A stretch of 64,000 nucleotides of DNA from Gemmatimonadales bacterium (GTDB taxonomy: Bacteria > Gemmatimonadota > Gemmatimonadetes > Gemmatimonadales > GWC2-71-9), in contig JBOHSH010000021.1 in assembly GCA_050733195.1 (NCBI GenBank), positions 14,387-78,386 of the forward strand, read 5' to 3'. A model generated the notes under the pieces. That model was not told the DNA's origin. It ran no database searches and worked only from the letters and a program-made list of their open reading frames with translations. A program made the translations under genes and the position numbers. Below, in pieces: positions 50,429 through 59,638 of this stretch (position 1 is its first letter; each line of letters opens with the position of its first letter).

Positions 50429-52570
50429 ATGTCCGCCGCCCGCCTGTCCCGCTGGTGGCACACGCCGAGGCTCCGCCGGAAGTTCCTGATCGGGGCCGGG
50501 GCTGTGTCGTTGTTCTTCCTGGCCCTGGGCTGGGGGATATGGACCCGGGTGTGTGCCGGTGGCGTCTGTCCGTCCATCGCCGGCCTCACCAACTACGACC
50601 CCGAGCAGGCCTCGAAGGTGTACGCCGCCGACGGCCGGCTCATCACCGATTACGGCCAGCAGCGCCGCACGGTGATCGCGCTCAACCAGATGTCGCCCGC
50701 GGTGCCGGCCGCCTTCCTCGCGGTCGAGGATCAGCGCTTCTACCAGCACAACGGCGTCGACTGGATCCGGGTGATGGGCGCGGTCTGGAACAACCTCCGG
50801 GTGGCGCTCTTCGGAGGGAACCGCCAGGGGTTCTCCACCATCACGATGCAGCTCGCCGGCAATCTCTGGCCGGACGTGATCGATCGCCGGCAGCGGGAAG
50901 GCTTCGCCGGCCTGACCCGGAAGGTTCGCGAGATCCGGATGGCGTTCGAGATCGAGCGGAACTACTCGAAGGATCGGATCCTCGAGCTGTACCTCAATCA
51001 GATCAACCTGGGCAACGGCGCCTACGGCGTCGAGGCGGCCGCCCAGCGGTACTTCGGCAAGTCCGCCCGCACCGTGAACGTCGCCGAGGCGGCGATGCTC
51101 GCGGCGCTGCCCAAGGGTCCCGCGCGCTACAACCCGCGACGGAACCCGCGGCTCGCGGTCCAGCGGCGCAATCTGGTTATCACCATGCTCGAGGATTGGG
51201 GGAAGGTGACCCCGGAGTCGGCGGAGGCGTGGCGCGCCTACCCGCTGTCGCTGTCCTCCCGCTCCGATTACAGCGGCGTCGCCGAGTACTTCGTCGAGTA
51301 CGTGCGCCAGATCCTGTCCGCCCGGTTCGGCGCCGACCTCTACCGGGCCGGCTTCCGGATCCATACCACGATCGACCTCGACATGCAGGAGGCCGCGGAG
51401 CGGGCGCTCGAGCAGCAGCTCCAGGCGATCGAAGCGGGTGAGCTCGGGCACTACCCGCACCCGACCTATCGCCAGTACATCGAGACCCGGAAGGACCGGG
51501 AGAAGGACGAAGAGCAGGAGGTGGGGCCGTTCAGCCCCTACCTGCAGGGGCTCATGGTGACGATCGAGGCGAAGACCGGCTACATCCGCGCGATGGTGGG
51601 CGGCCGCGACTTCGAGGACAACAAGTACAACCGCGCCGCCCAGGGACTCCGCCAGGCGGGCTCGGCCTTCAAGCCGTTCGTCTACGCGGCCGCGCTGCGC
51701 GCCGGCATCCCGCTCTCCCAGGTCTTCGAGGACTCGCCGGTCTCGGTGACCATCCCCGACCAGCCGGTGTGGGAGCCCAAGAACTACGACAACCAGTTCG
51801 ACGGCCCCATGCCGATGCGGCGGGCCCTCTACATGTCGGTCAACACGATCGCCGTGCGCATCGGGCTCAAGCTCGGCGAGGAGGCCGTCATCGGCGAGGC
51901 GGCGAACTTCGGGATCACCACCCGGATTCCGGCCGTGCCCTCGATCTTCATCGGCTCGGCCGACGTGGTTCCGCTCGAGCTGATCGGCGCGTATACCGCG
52001 TTCGCGAACATGGGGGTGCGGACCACACCCCAGCCGATCCTCCGGGTGGAGGACCGCGAGGGAAACATCATCTGGCAGCCCGAGGTCAAGGAGAACCGCG
52101 TGATGGACCCCGATCACGCCTGGCTCATCCTCGACGCCATGCGTGACGTCGTCCGGCGCGGGACAGCGTACACCGCGGTAACCGGCCGCGGCTTCAACGT
52201 GCCCGCGGGCGGCAAGACCGGAACGACCAACGACGGAATGGACGTCTGGTTCGTCGGCTTCACCCCCGACCTCGTGACCGGGGTCTGGATGGGCTTCGAC
52301 CGGAAGACCAAGATCAAAGGCGACGCCCAGGGCGGAAAGCTCGCCGCCCCGGCCTGGACCGCGATGATGAAGGAGGTCTACGAGCGGCGGCCCGCGCCCG
52401 CGCCGTGGTTCATGCCGGACGGGATCTATCAGCTCGAGCTCGACCGCAGCACCGGCTTCCTGGCCACGCCGTTCTGCCCGCGGGACTCCGTCGCGCTCGA
52501 GTACTTCTACCCGGGTACCGAGCCGCTGGAGCGTTGTCCGATTCACAGCCCCTTCCGCGGCGGGCCGTAA
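50429..52570 (+). CDS. mrcA: Penicillin-binding protein 1A (bifunctional glycosyltransferase/transpeptidase)
   Basis: GT51 motifs AVEDQRFYQHNGVD, GFSTITMQLA, RKVREI; transpeptidase motifs SAFKP (SxxK) and KTGTT. N-terminal TM helix. Start at the ATG at 50429. Confidence 0.9.
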   Translation: MSAARLSRWWHTPRLRRKFLIGAGAVSLFFLALGWGIWTRVCAGGVCPSIAGLTNYDPEQASKVYAADGRLITDYGQQRRTVIALNQMSPAVPAAFLAVEDQRFYQHNGVDWIRVMGAVWNNLRVALFGGNRQGFSTITMQLAGNLWPDVIDRRQREGFAGLTRKVREIRMAFEIERNYSKDRILELYLNQINLGNGAYGVEAAAQRYFGKSARTVNVAEAAMLAALPKGPARYNPRRNPRLAVQRRNLVITMLEDWGKVTPESAEAWRAYPLSLSSRSDYSGVAEYFVEYVRQILSARFGADLYRAGFRIHTTIDLDMQEAAERALEQQLQAIEAGELGHYPHPTYRQYIETRKDREKDEEQEVGPFSPYLQGLMVTIEAKTGYIRAMVGGRDFEDNKYNRAAQGLRQAGSAFKPFVYAAALRAGIPLSQVFEDSPVSVTIPDQPVWEPKNYDNQFDGPMPMRRALYMSVNTIAVRIGLKLGEEAVIGEAANFGITTRIPAVPSIFIGSADVVPLELIGAYTAFANMGVRTTPQPILRVEDREGNIIWQPEVKENRVMDPDHAWLILDAMRDVVRRGTAYTAVTGRGFNVPAGGKTGTTNDGMDVWFVGFTPDLVTGVWMGFDRKTKIKGDAQGGKLAAPAWTAMMKEVYERRPAPAPWFMPDGIYQLELDRSTGFLATPFCPRDSVALEYFYPGTEPLERCPIHSPFRGGP

Positions 52571-52628
52571 CGCCCCCGTCTCCGATCCCATTCGACCGAT
52601 CCGCCTGAGCTCGCGGTGGGCGCTGCCG

Positions 52629-53876
52629 ATGGCCGGCGCCCCGCTCCGCGACGCGGCGATCCTCGTCGACGAAGGCCGCATTGCCGCCGTCGGTCCGGAC
52701 TCCTCGGTGCCGGTGCCGGACGAAGCCCGGCGCGTTCACCTGGGCGAGGCGATCCTCCTCCCCGGTCTCATCAACACCCACACCCATCTCGAGCTCACGG
52801 GTCTCGACGCGGGGAGGCCCGACGATGATTTCACGGTCTGGATCCGGCGGATCCGCACCCTCAAGGAAGCGCGCACGGCGGAGGAGTACCGCGCCGCCGC
52901 GGAGCAGGGCCTCCGGGACTGCTGGGCCGGCGGCGTCACCACCGTCGCGGAGACCGGCGACTCGGGCGCGGTGCTGCGTGCGCTCGCCGAGCTCGGCGGG
53001 AGCGGAATCGTGTACCAGGAGGTCTTCGGACCCCACCCGGTCCAGGCGGAGGAGAGTCTGGACGGACTCCGCCGCAAGGTCGCGGGCCTTCGGCCCTGCG
53101 CACGCGACCGGGTTCGCATCGGCGTGTCGCCCCACGCGCCATACACGGTGAGCGGGATCCTCTACCGGGCCGTCGCACTGTGGGCGCGCTCGGAGGGACT
53201 CCCGCTCGCCGTGCACCTGGCCGAGTCGCGCGCGGAGACCGAGCTCGTCGCCACGGGAACCGGAGCCTTCGCGGAGGCGTGGACGAAGCGGGGGATTCCG
53301 GTGCCGGAGCAGACGGCCGGACGGCCGGACGGCCGGACGGCCGGTGGCTTCCATTCACCGGTGCGATACCTAGACTCTCTACGGGTCCTCGGTCCCGACA
53401 CGCTCTGCATCCACACCGTGCAGCTCGACGCCAAGGACGTGAAGGTGCTGGCTTCGCGCGGGGTGGCGATCGCCCATTGTCCGGTGTCGAACCGCCGGCA
53501 TGGCCACGGCGACGCCCCGCTCGACGCCCTCAGGAGGGCGGGGCTCCGGATCGGCGTGGGCACCGACTCGGTTGCCAGCGTGGGGCGGCTCGATCTCCTG
53601 GCCGAGGCGCGCGCCGCCCGGGGGCTCGCGGGTCTGTCGGCCGGGGAGGCGCTCGAGCTCTGCACCCTGGGCGCCGCCCGGGCGCTCGGACTCGAATCGG
53701 AGGTCGGGAGCCTGTCGCCCGGGAAATGGGCCGATCTGGCCGCCGTGGTTCCCGGCCCCGGAGCGGGCGATCCGGAGGAGGGGGCGCTGGCCGCGACCTC
53801 CGGAGACGTCGTCCTCACGGTCGTCGGGGGCCGGATCGTTCACGACCGCTTGATCCGGGGCCGGGGACTCTGGTAG
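52629..53876 (+). CDS. Metal-dependent amidohydrolase (chlorohydrolase / nucleoside-deaminase-like family)
   Basis: LLPGLINTHTHLELTG (HxH), VSPHAPYT, VHLAES, IHTVQL, GVGTDS. The exact substrate cannot be inferred. Confidence 0.75.
   Translation: MAGAPLRDAAILVDEGRIAAVGPDSSVPVPDEARRVHLGEAILLPGLINTHTHLELTGLDAGRPDDDFTVWIRRIRTLKEARTAEEYRAAAEQGLRDCWAGGVTTVAETGDSGAVLRALAELGGSGIVYQEVFGPHPVQAEESLDGLRRKVAGLRPCARDRVRIGVSPHAPYTVSGILYRAVALWARSEGLPLAVHLAESRAETELVATGTGAFAEAWTKRGIPVPEQTAGRPDGRTAGGFHSPVRYLDSLRVLGPDTLCIHTVQLDAKDVKVLASRGVAIAHCPVSNRRHGHGDAPLDALRRAGLRIGVGTDSVASVGRLDLLAEARAARGLAGLSAGEALELCTLGAARALGLESEVGSLSPGKWADLAAVVPGPGAGDPEEGALAATSGDVVLTVVGGRIVHDRLIRGRGLW
53312..53343. repeat. GACGGCCG octamer x4 inside the amidohydrolase CDS
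   Basis: Four perfect units encoding TAGRPDGRTAG. The same unit forms the arms of the repeat at 1086-1210. Confidence 0.9.
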
Positions 53877-53879
53877 AAT
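53850..53879 (+). promoter_or_regulatory. Candidate sigma-70-type promoter for the HNH gene
   Basis: TTGATC (53850-53855), 18 nt spacer, TGgTAGAAT (extended -10, 53871-53879). GGAG lies just before the ATG at 53900. Motif match only. Confidence 0.35.
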
Positions 53880-53899
53880 GGTATGTCCTCCATGGAGTT

Positions 53900-54451
53900 A
53901 TGATCGTGCGCTGTCTGGCGCTCAACGCCTCTTACGAGCCGCTGACCATGGTGCCCCTCAGGCGGGCTCTGCGTTTGGTCATCGACGGCAAGGCGGAGAT
54001 CTATGAGGCCGACAGCGGCGAGCGCATTCGAAGTCCGCGGGTTTCTCTGCCGAAGCCCGCGATCATCCGGCTGGTCAAGTTCGTCCACGTTCCCCGCAAG
54101 TTCCGCCGGCAGGTCACCAACACCTTCCTCTTCGCGCGGGACGACTATCGCTGCCAGTACTGCGGGCGAGCGCAGCCCCAGCTCCGGGCGCGGGAGTGCC
54201 TGACCCGGGACCATCTCGTGCCGATGAGCAGGGGTGGGGGGAACCAGTGGACCAACTGCGTGACGGCCTGCAGCAGCTGCAACACCCGGAAGGGGAACCG
54301 GCTGCCGTCGGAGTGCGGGATGCACCCGATGCACTCGCCGGTCGAGCCTCACTTCGTACACCTGACCTGGGCCGTTCGGCGGCTCACGGCGGTGCAGATG
54401 AAGTACATCCGGTACTTCTACGGAGAGGCGGCGCTCCGGGCCATCCGGTAG
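53900..54451 (+). CDS. HNH endonuclease (McrA-like, standalone)
   Basis: Tail of ORF 53180..54451 from the ATG at 53900. RCQYCG...LTRDHLVPMSRGG.NQWTNCVTACSSCNTRKGN (HNH/zinc motif), with the conserved N-terminal LALNASYEPL domain. Confidence 0.85.
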   Translation: MIVRCLALNASYEPLTMVPLRRALRLVIDGKAEIYEADSGERIRSPRVSLPKPAIIRLVKFVHVPRKFRRQVTNTFLFARDDYRCQYCGRAQPQLRARECLTRDHLVPMSRGGGNQWTNCVTACSSCNTRKGNRLPSECGMHPMHSPVEPHFVHLTWAVRRLTAVQMKYIRYFYGEAALRAIR

Positions 54452-54458
54452 CCGGTCG

Positions 54459-55103
54459 CTATTCCGGCGTCCCCCCGATCGAGAACTTCTCGGTCCGCAT
54501 CTCGAGCTCTTCCCAGGGCAAACCGGCCATTCTGAGGAGCAGCCGGCGGAGACTCCGCGCCAGCGGGCTCCGCTCGCGCTGCGCGTTGGGCTGCCCCGCG
54601 AGGAACTGCTCGAGCTCGTCCATGTCCTCGTCCGTGAGCGCGGTGATTCTGAGCCGCACGGTGTAGTAGAAGCTTCCGGCCCTCCGGGGGAGCACCTCGA
54701 CACTCCGCGGCGTGGCCATGTAGCGCTCGAGCTCGGCCCGGGTCGGGAACCGGCTCTCCGTGGTTCCCGCCAGCAAAATGGTGGTGACGCGGTACTGCTC
54801 TTCGAGCGGCTCCCGCTGGATCACCATCGACCATTCCGTCGCCCGCTGGAACTCGTCGATCCAGCCCTCGCGCGAGCGCCAGATCTCCACCTTGAACGCC
54901 AGCCGGATCGGGAACGCCTGGTCGAGCGCTTCGGACCAGCGTTCGTCGCGCAGGAGGTTGGTGACGCGCACGAGGGGCTCCCGCCCCGTGCCGGGCGTGG
55001 CCGAGGGCATGAGGCTCACGACGAGCCCGACCCGCGGCGACTGGGCCGCCGCGGTGCCGCCGGCTCCGAAGACCAGCGCGAGAAGGAGTCCGGCGCGTCG
55101 CAT
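54459..55103 (-). CDS. Secreted DUF4390-like protein
   Basis: Tail of ORF 54459..55220 from the ATG at 55103 (signal peptide [21 protein letters not shown]). The assignment rests on my recollection of the family's block layout and needs an HMM check. Confidence 0.5.
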   Translation of the reverse strand: MRRAGLLLALVFGAGGTAAAQSPRVGLVVSLMPSATPGTGREPLVRVTNLLRDERWSEALDQAFPIRLAFKVEIWRSREGWIDEFQRATEWSMVIQREPLEEQYRVTTILLAGTTESRFPTRAELERYMATPRSVEVLPRRAGSFYYTVRLRITALTDEDMDELEQFLAGQPNAQRERSPLARSLRRLLLRMAGLPWEELEMRTEKFSIGGTPE

Positions 55104-56863
55104 CAGAAGCGGCGCTGCAGCCGGACGGTGATGGTGAGCGGCCGGCCGTCGGTGAACGGCTGCGCGATGTACACGCCGATGCCGCCGGCATCCATGCCGA
55201 AGCCGAGGTCGTACTTCCACTCGTCCAGGTTGGGGAGGCGGTCGCTCGGCACCCGGCCGGGTCCGTCACCCGCGAGCCACGCCTTGCCGGCGTCGCCGAA
55301 GATCACCACGTCCGGCTCGACGATGCCCAGCAGCCGCTGCAGCCCGGCCAGATAGGGGTCGTTCGTGCGGAGGGGCAGACCGATCCGGCTCCTCGTCCGC
55401 ACTTCCAGCTGGACCGCGAGGAGGCGATCGCAGAGCGCGGGGTGAGCCGGATCGCTGAGCGTCGGCGGGACACAGTTGAAGGCCCGGAACGGATAGCCCG
55501 GCAGGATGTCCGGACCGCCGAGCGACAGCCGCCGCTGCACCGGCAACGGATCGCCGTCGAGCCACCCGCCCCCGACGACGCGAAGGCTGGTCCGCACCGA
55601 CGGGTTGAACCGGGCGTACCGGCGGGCGTCGACCCAGAAGCTGGAGAACGCGTACCGCTCACCGGCCGGGACCGGGTCGCGGACGTCGGGCGGCAGCGAC
55701 AGCGGTGACGCGTCCGTGCTCCGGCCGTGCTCCACGCGGGCGCGAACGAGCCACCCGGCGGTCGGGTGCACGAGATCGTTCCGCGTGTCGAGCGCGAGGC
55801 CCGCCCGCCAGGTGGTGTAGTGGCCGTCGTCGATGAGCGCGTTGGGCCGCCACGCCTGGTTGCGGAGCAGCGAGATCGGATCGTTCGCGGGGATGCTCCG
55901 CTCCGCCGCGCGGTCGAGCGATCCCTCCAGGGTCAGGTGCCGGGTCAGCGCGTACGACGCGTACCCGCCCACACCGGTCGACTGTACGTAGTCGCGGTAG
56001 TCGCGCTGCAGGAGGAACGACGCCCAGCCGGCTTCGCTTCGGGAAAGCGGGCTCTCTTCCGTCGGAGTCACCAGCCGGTAGAGCCGGCCGCCGAGGAGGA
56101 GGCGGCGGGATTCCCCGAACCGGAACTCCAGGCGCGACAGGTACCCGAAGTCGGCGCGGCGGTCGGAGCGATCCGGCGCGGTCCAGACGATCCCGCGCAG
56201 GTCGAGCCGGCCGTCCACGTCGGGCAGTCCTTCGCGGGCGATGGTCGGTCCGAAGACGAGCGGCAGGCCTTCGATCCGGTTGTAGGTCCTGCCCGTCTCG
56301 ATGTTGATGGTGGTCGTGAAATGTCCGCTGGTGATCGTGCGCCTGGCGGACGCGATCTCCCCCAGCGTAATGGGGCGGTCGCGGATCGCGAGCGTGCCGT
56401 CGTTCGCGCGGTAGAGCTGCGGCGTCTCGGCGTAGGCCCGGCGAGTCCCGCCCGAGTGGAGGCCGCCGGGGCGGAGGTCGATGCGCCCTCCCACCACCAG
56501 GACGTCCCCCTCCACGGCGCCGCCCGGCTCGATGACGAGGTCGCCGTTGATCACCGTGAGGGATCCGGCGATGGTGCCCTGGACGCGCAGGTTGCCGCGA
56601 TAGACCGCGACGGTACCGGTGAGCCGGGCCCCCGGCGGGAGGACGAAGTGCCCGCTGATCCGCGCGGTGAGGGAGTCGTTCCAGGCCGCCACCGCCTGCA
56701 GCAGGACGCCCCGGGGAAGCACGCCCGGACCGAGCGAGTCCGGCGATCGGGCCTCGGGTCGGATCCGGATCGGGGGCGGGAGCGTATCCTGGGCGGCCGC
56801 TGCTGCCGGCGTCGCAAGAGCGAGCGAACCCAGAACCCAGAACCCAGAACTCAGAACCCTCAT
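55103..56863 (-). CDS. Omp85-family outer-membrane beta-barrel with N-terminal bactofilin-like beta-helix instead of POTRA domains
   Basis: Tail of ORF 55103..57646 from the ATG at 56863 (ATGA overlap with the regulator stop). Signal peptide [26 protein letters not shown]-x-hydrophobic repeats [49 protein letters not shown]. The barrel has [14 protein letters not shown] and a terminal ...TVRLQRRF. Confidence 0.7.
   Translation of the reverse strand: MRVLSSGFWVLGSLALATPAAAAAQDTLPPPIRIRPEARSPDSLGPGVLPRGVLLQAVAAWNDSLTARISGHFVLPPGARLTGTVAVYRGNLRVQGTIAGSLTVINGDLVIEPGGAVEGDVLVVGGRIDLRPGGLHSGGTRRAYAETPQLYRANDGTLAIRDRPITLGEIASARRTITSGHFTTTINIETGRTYNRIEGLPLVFGPTIAREGLPDVDGRLDLRGIVWTAPDRSDRRADFGYLSRLEFRFGESRRLLLGGRLYRLVTPTEESPLSRSEAGWASFLLQRDYRDYVQSTGVGGYASYALTRHLTLEGSLDRAAERSIPANDPISLLRNQAWRPNALIDDGHYTTWRAGLALDTRNDLVHPTAGWLVRARVEHGRSTDASPLSLPPDVRDPVPAGERYAFSSFWVDARRYARFNPSVRTSLRVVGGGWLDGDPLPVQRRLSLGGPDILPGYPFRAFNCVPPTLSDPAHPALCDRLLAVQLEVRTRSRIGLPLRTNDPYLAGLQRLLGIVEPDVVIFGDAGKAWLAGDGPGRVPSDRLPNLDEWKYDLGFGMDAGGIGVYIAQPFTDGRPLTITVRLQRRF
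56824..56858. repeat. CAGAACC heptamer array (5 units) inside the first 13 codons of the Omp85-like gene
   Basis: Plus strand reads GCGAACC CAGAACC CAGAACC CAGAACT CAGAACC. The sense strand reads ATGAGGGTTCTGAGTTCTGGGTTCTGGGTTCTGGGTTCGC. Confidence 0.95.
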
Positions 56864-58236
56864 AGTCCCAGCCTCTTCATCCGCCGGTAGAGGTTCGCCC
56901 GGTCGGTCTGGAGCGCCCGCGCGGCCTCGGCGACGTTCCCGGCCGCCCGTTTGAGCGCCGCGCCGATCAGCGCCCGCTCGTAGTCGTCGAGCACGTTGGA
57001 CAGCGAGCGCCCGCCGAGGTCCGCGATCGAGAACGACGTCCCCGACTCGGTCACCGTCGGGGCCTCGAAGCGGGGCGCGCCGGCTCGCGGCAGCACCTGC
57101 CGGACGAGCGCGGCATCCACCTCCTCGCCCCCCAGGATCGAGAGCCGCTCGACGATGTTGGCGAGCTCCCGCACGTTCCCGGGCCATTCGTAGGAGGCGA
57201 GCAGCGCGAGCGCTTCCGCCGTGAACCGGACGGGCTGGTGGGGACGCACCCGCTCGGCGAGGTGGGCCACGAGCTCGTTCAGGTCCTCGAGGCGCTCGCG
57301 GAGCGGAGCCAGCTCGATGGGGAAGACGTTGAGGCGGAAGTAGAGGTCCTCGCGAAAGGTGCCCGCGGTGACCGCCTGCTCGAGACGCTGATTGGTAGCG
57401 GAGAGAACGCGGATGTCCACGCGCTGCGAGCGCTCCGCCCCGACCCGCTGGATCTCCCCGGTTTCCAGCACGCGCAGGAGCTTGGCCTGCGCCTCGAGGT
57501 TGAGGTCTCCGACCTCGTCCAGGAACAGCGTGCCGCCGTCCGCGAGCTCGAAGCGGCCCAGCCGACGGTCGGTGGCGCCGGTGAAGGCACCCCGTTCGTG
57601 GCCGAACATTTCGCTCTCGACCAGATCGCGGGGAATCGCGGCGCAATTGACGGAGACGAACGCCCGTCCCGCCCGGAGGCTCGCGCGATGAATGGCGTGG
57701 GCGACGAGCTCCTTCCCGGTGCCCGACTCCCCCATGATCAGCACCCGGGCTTCCGTGGGCGCCACCTGGCCGATCAGGCCGCGAACCGCCTGCATGCGCC
57801 CGCCCGCGCCCACGAGCTCGGCGCGGGGGCCGAGCTGCGATCGCAGAGCGCGGGCTTCCGCCCGGGCGCGGGTCAGCTCGAGTGCGGACCGCAGCGCCAC
57901 CAGCACCGCTTCCGGGGTGAGCGGCTTCTCGAGGAACTGGAAGGCGCCGAGCTTGATCGCGCGCACCGCGTCCGTGAGCTGCGCTTTGCCGCTCATCATG
58001 ATGACCGGCGTCGTGCCGTCGCGCTCCCGGATCTGCTTCAGGGTTTCGAGCCCGTCCGGGCCGGGCGGCATCTGCAGATCGAGCATGATGGCGTCGGGGT
58101 GTGCCTGGTCGAGCATCAGCAGCGCGGCATTGCCGTTGGGGGCCTCGTCCGCCTCGAATCCTTCCGAGCGGAGCAGGGCGGCGAGCATGCGGCGGATGTT
58201 CGCCTCGTCGTCCACGATGAGCACGCGGGGCTTCAT
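56860..58236 (-). CDS. Sigma-54-dependent response regulator (NtrC/NtrX family)
   Basis: Receiver domain VLIVDDE...[10 protein letters not shown]. Canonical AAA+ motifs [38 protein letters not shown]-terminal [25 protein letters not shown]. Confidence 0.9.
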   Translation of the reverse strand: MKPRVLIVDDEANIRRMLAALLRSEGFEADEAPNGNAALLMLDQAHPDAIMLDLQMPPGPDGLETLKQIRERDGTTPVIMMSGKAQLTDAVRAIKLGAFQFLEKPLTPEAVLVALRSALELTRARAEARALRSQLGPRAELVGAGGRMQAVRGLIGQVAPTEARVLIMGESGTGKELVAHAIHRASLRAGRAFVSVNCAAIPRDLVESEMFGHERGAFTGATDRRLGRFELADGGTLFLDEVGDLNLEAQAKLLRVLETGEIQRVGAERSQRVDIRVLSATNQRLEQAVTAGTFREDLYFRLNVFPIELAPLRERLEDLNELVAHLAERVRPHQPVRFTAEALALLASYEWPGNVRELANIVERLSILGGEEVDAALVRQVLPRAGAPRFEAPTVTESGTSFSIADLGGRSLSNVLDDYERALIGAALKRAAGNVAEAARALQTDRANLYRRMKRLGL

Positions 58237-59498
58237 TCGGTCCTCCGTCGCCGGTCGGCGACGCGACGTTCGATAGAGGGAGTGCGGGTCCCTACGGCGG
58301 GCGCGGCCTCGAGGGTTCGGGGGAGGCGGATCGTGAAGGTCGCACCGCCTCCCGGCGTCTCGGAAACCTCGATCGTTCCGCGATGGAAATCCACCGCCTG
58401 CTTCACGATGGCCAGGCCGAGCCCGGTGCCCCCCGCCTTGTCGGTGAAGTACGGCTCGAAGATCCGGCTCCGCTTCTCCGCCCGGACGCCGGGACCGTGA
58501 TCCGCCACCGACACGCGGACGCCGTCGCCGTCCGGAAGGATCGCGATGTCGAGCGCACCTGTTCCACCGCTCGACTCGGCCGCGTTCCGGATGATGTTGG
58601 CGAAGGCGCGCCGGAGCGGCTCATAGTGACCCACGATGTGCAGGCTCCCGGGGTGCTCCGCGATGGCCGCCCGCATCTCCGCGGGCAACGAGGTGCGGGC
58701 CAGCTCCCGCAGCAGCTCGCCCAGGTCCACCTCCGCCGCTGGACCCTCCGGCAAACGTCCGAGGTTGGCGAAGTCGCGGGCGAGCTGTTCCAGCCTCGCG
58801 GTCTCCACGCGGAGCACCTCGAGCGCTTCCTGATCGTCTGGGCGTGCCCCCCGACCCAGGGACTGAATGGCGAACCGCACCGGTGTGAGCGGGTTCTTCA
58901 TCTCGTGCGCCACCCGCCGGGCCACTTCCCGGAAGGCCCGGAGCCGCTCACCCTCGAGCTCGGCCGCGCGGGCTTGCTGGAGCGACGCCGCCAGCTCGCG
59001 AAGGGCGACCCGGAGCGCCGCCAGCTCCGGCGGGCCGCCGCGATCCGGGGTCTCCGGAAGCGGCTGGCTCCTGCGGATCCGGCCGGTCCAGCCGATCAGC
59101 TCGTCGATGGGATTGGCGAGCTGCCGGGAGAGGTTCCCGGCGAGCCGTACCGACAGGTAGACGAGGAGGGCGCCGAGCCCCGTGACCGCGATGGCCAGGG
59201 CGAACGCGCGGTAGCGGGCGAAGAAGAGGGCCCGGCGCGAGGTCGTCAGCGCCGCGTTGAGCGAATCGACGTGGGAGTGGAGTGCCCGCTGCTCCGGCCG
59301 GCTCAGCCTGGCGGTATCGAGCACCCTCAGGAGCTGCCGGCCGGAGCTCCGGACCGGCTCGAGTGCCGCCTGGCTGGCGCGGGCCGGGTTATAGCGCAGC
59401 AGGGTCGCGGCCCAGCCCACTATCAGCACCGAGGAGGGCAAGGCGCCGAGCAGGAGCAGGGCAATCAGGAGGCGGTGGCGAAACGAGAGGGCGGCCAC
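58233..59498 (-). CDS. Sensor histidine kinase (2 TM, HAMP, HisKA, HATPase_c)
   Basis: H-box [14 protein letters not shown]-box [10 protein letters not shown]-boxes DHGPGV and [13 protein letters not shown] overlap with the regulator start. Confidence 0.9.
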   Translation of the reverse strand: MAALSFRHRLLIALLLLGALPSSVLIVGWAATLLRYNPARASQAALEPVRSSGRQLLRVLDTARLSRPEQRALHSHVDSLNAALTTSRRALFFARYRAFALAIAVTGLGALLVYLSVRLAGNLSRQLANPIDELIGWTGRIRRSQPLPETPDRGGPPELAALRVALRELAASLQQARAAELEGERLRAFREVARRVAHEMKNPLTPVRFAIQSLGRGARPDDQEALEVLRVETARLEQLARDFANLGRLPEGPAAEVDLGELLRELARTSLPAEMRAAIAEHPGSLHIVGHYEPLRRAFANIIRNAAESSGGTGALDIAILPDGDGVRVSVADHGPGVRAEKRSRIFEPYFTDKAGGTGLGLAIVKQAVDFHRGTIEVSETPGGGATFTIRLPRTLEAAPAVGTRTPSIERRVADRRRRTE

Positions 59499-59530
59499 GT
59501 CCCGCTATAATACCCACCCCTCCCCAGGGC

Positions 59531-59546
59531 GGGCTTGGAGCTTGCG
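59531..59546 (+). promoter_or_regulatory. Candidate sigma-54 (-24/-12) promoter
   Basis: GGGCTTGGAGCTTGCG against the consensus TGGCACG-N4-TTGCW. GG and GC are correctly spaced and TTGC is intact. It lies about 90 nt upstream of the membrane-protein ATG. A perfect TATAAT also lies at 59506-59511 on the same strand. Confidence 0.3.
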
Positions 59547-59638
59547 GTGGGGTGTCTTACGGAATCCCCGGCCGCAATCCATAATTATCCGCAACCCGGT
59601 TCCGGCTTCGTTTCCCGCTCTTCCTCGGAAGGACCCCC

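Noticed and set aside
50399-52681. 760-aa minus-strand ORF
   Set aside because: It is antisense to the PBP1A gene, which has unambiguous GT51 and transpeptidase motifs.
5129-56863. Heptamer/octamer arrays as CRISPR arrays
   Set aside because: The units are 7-8 nt and directly abutting, with no unique spacers. No cas genes are in the window.
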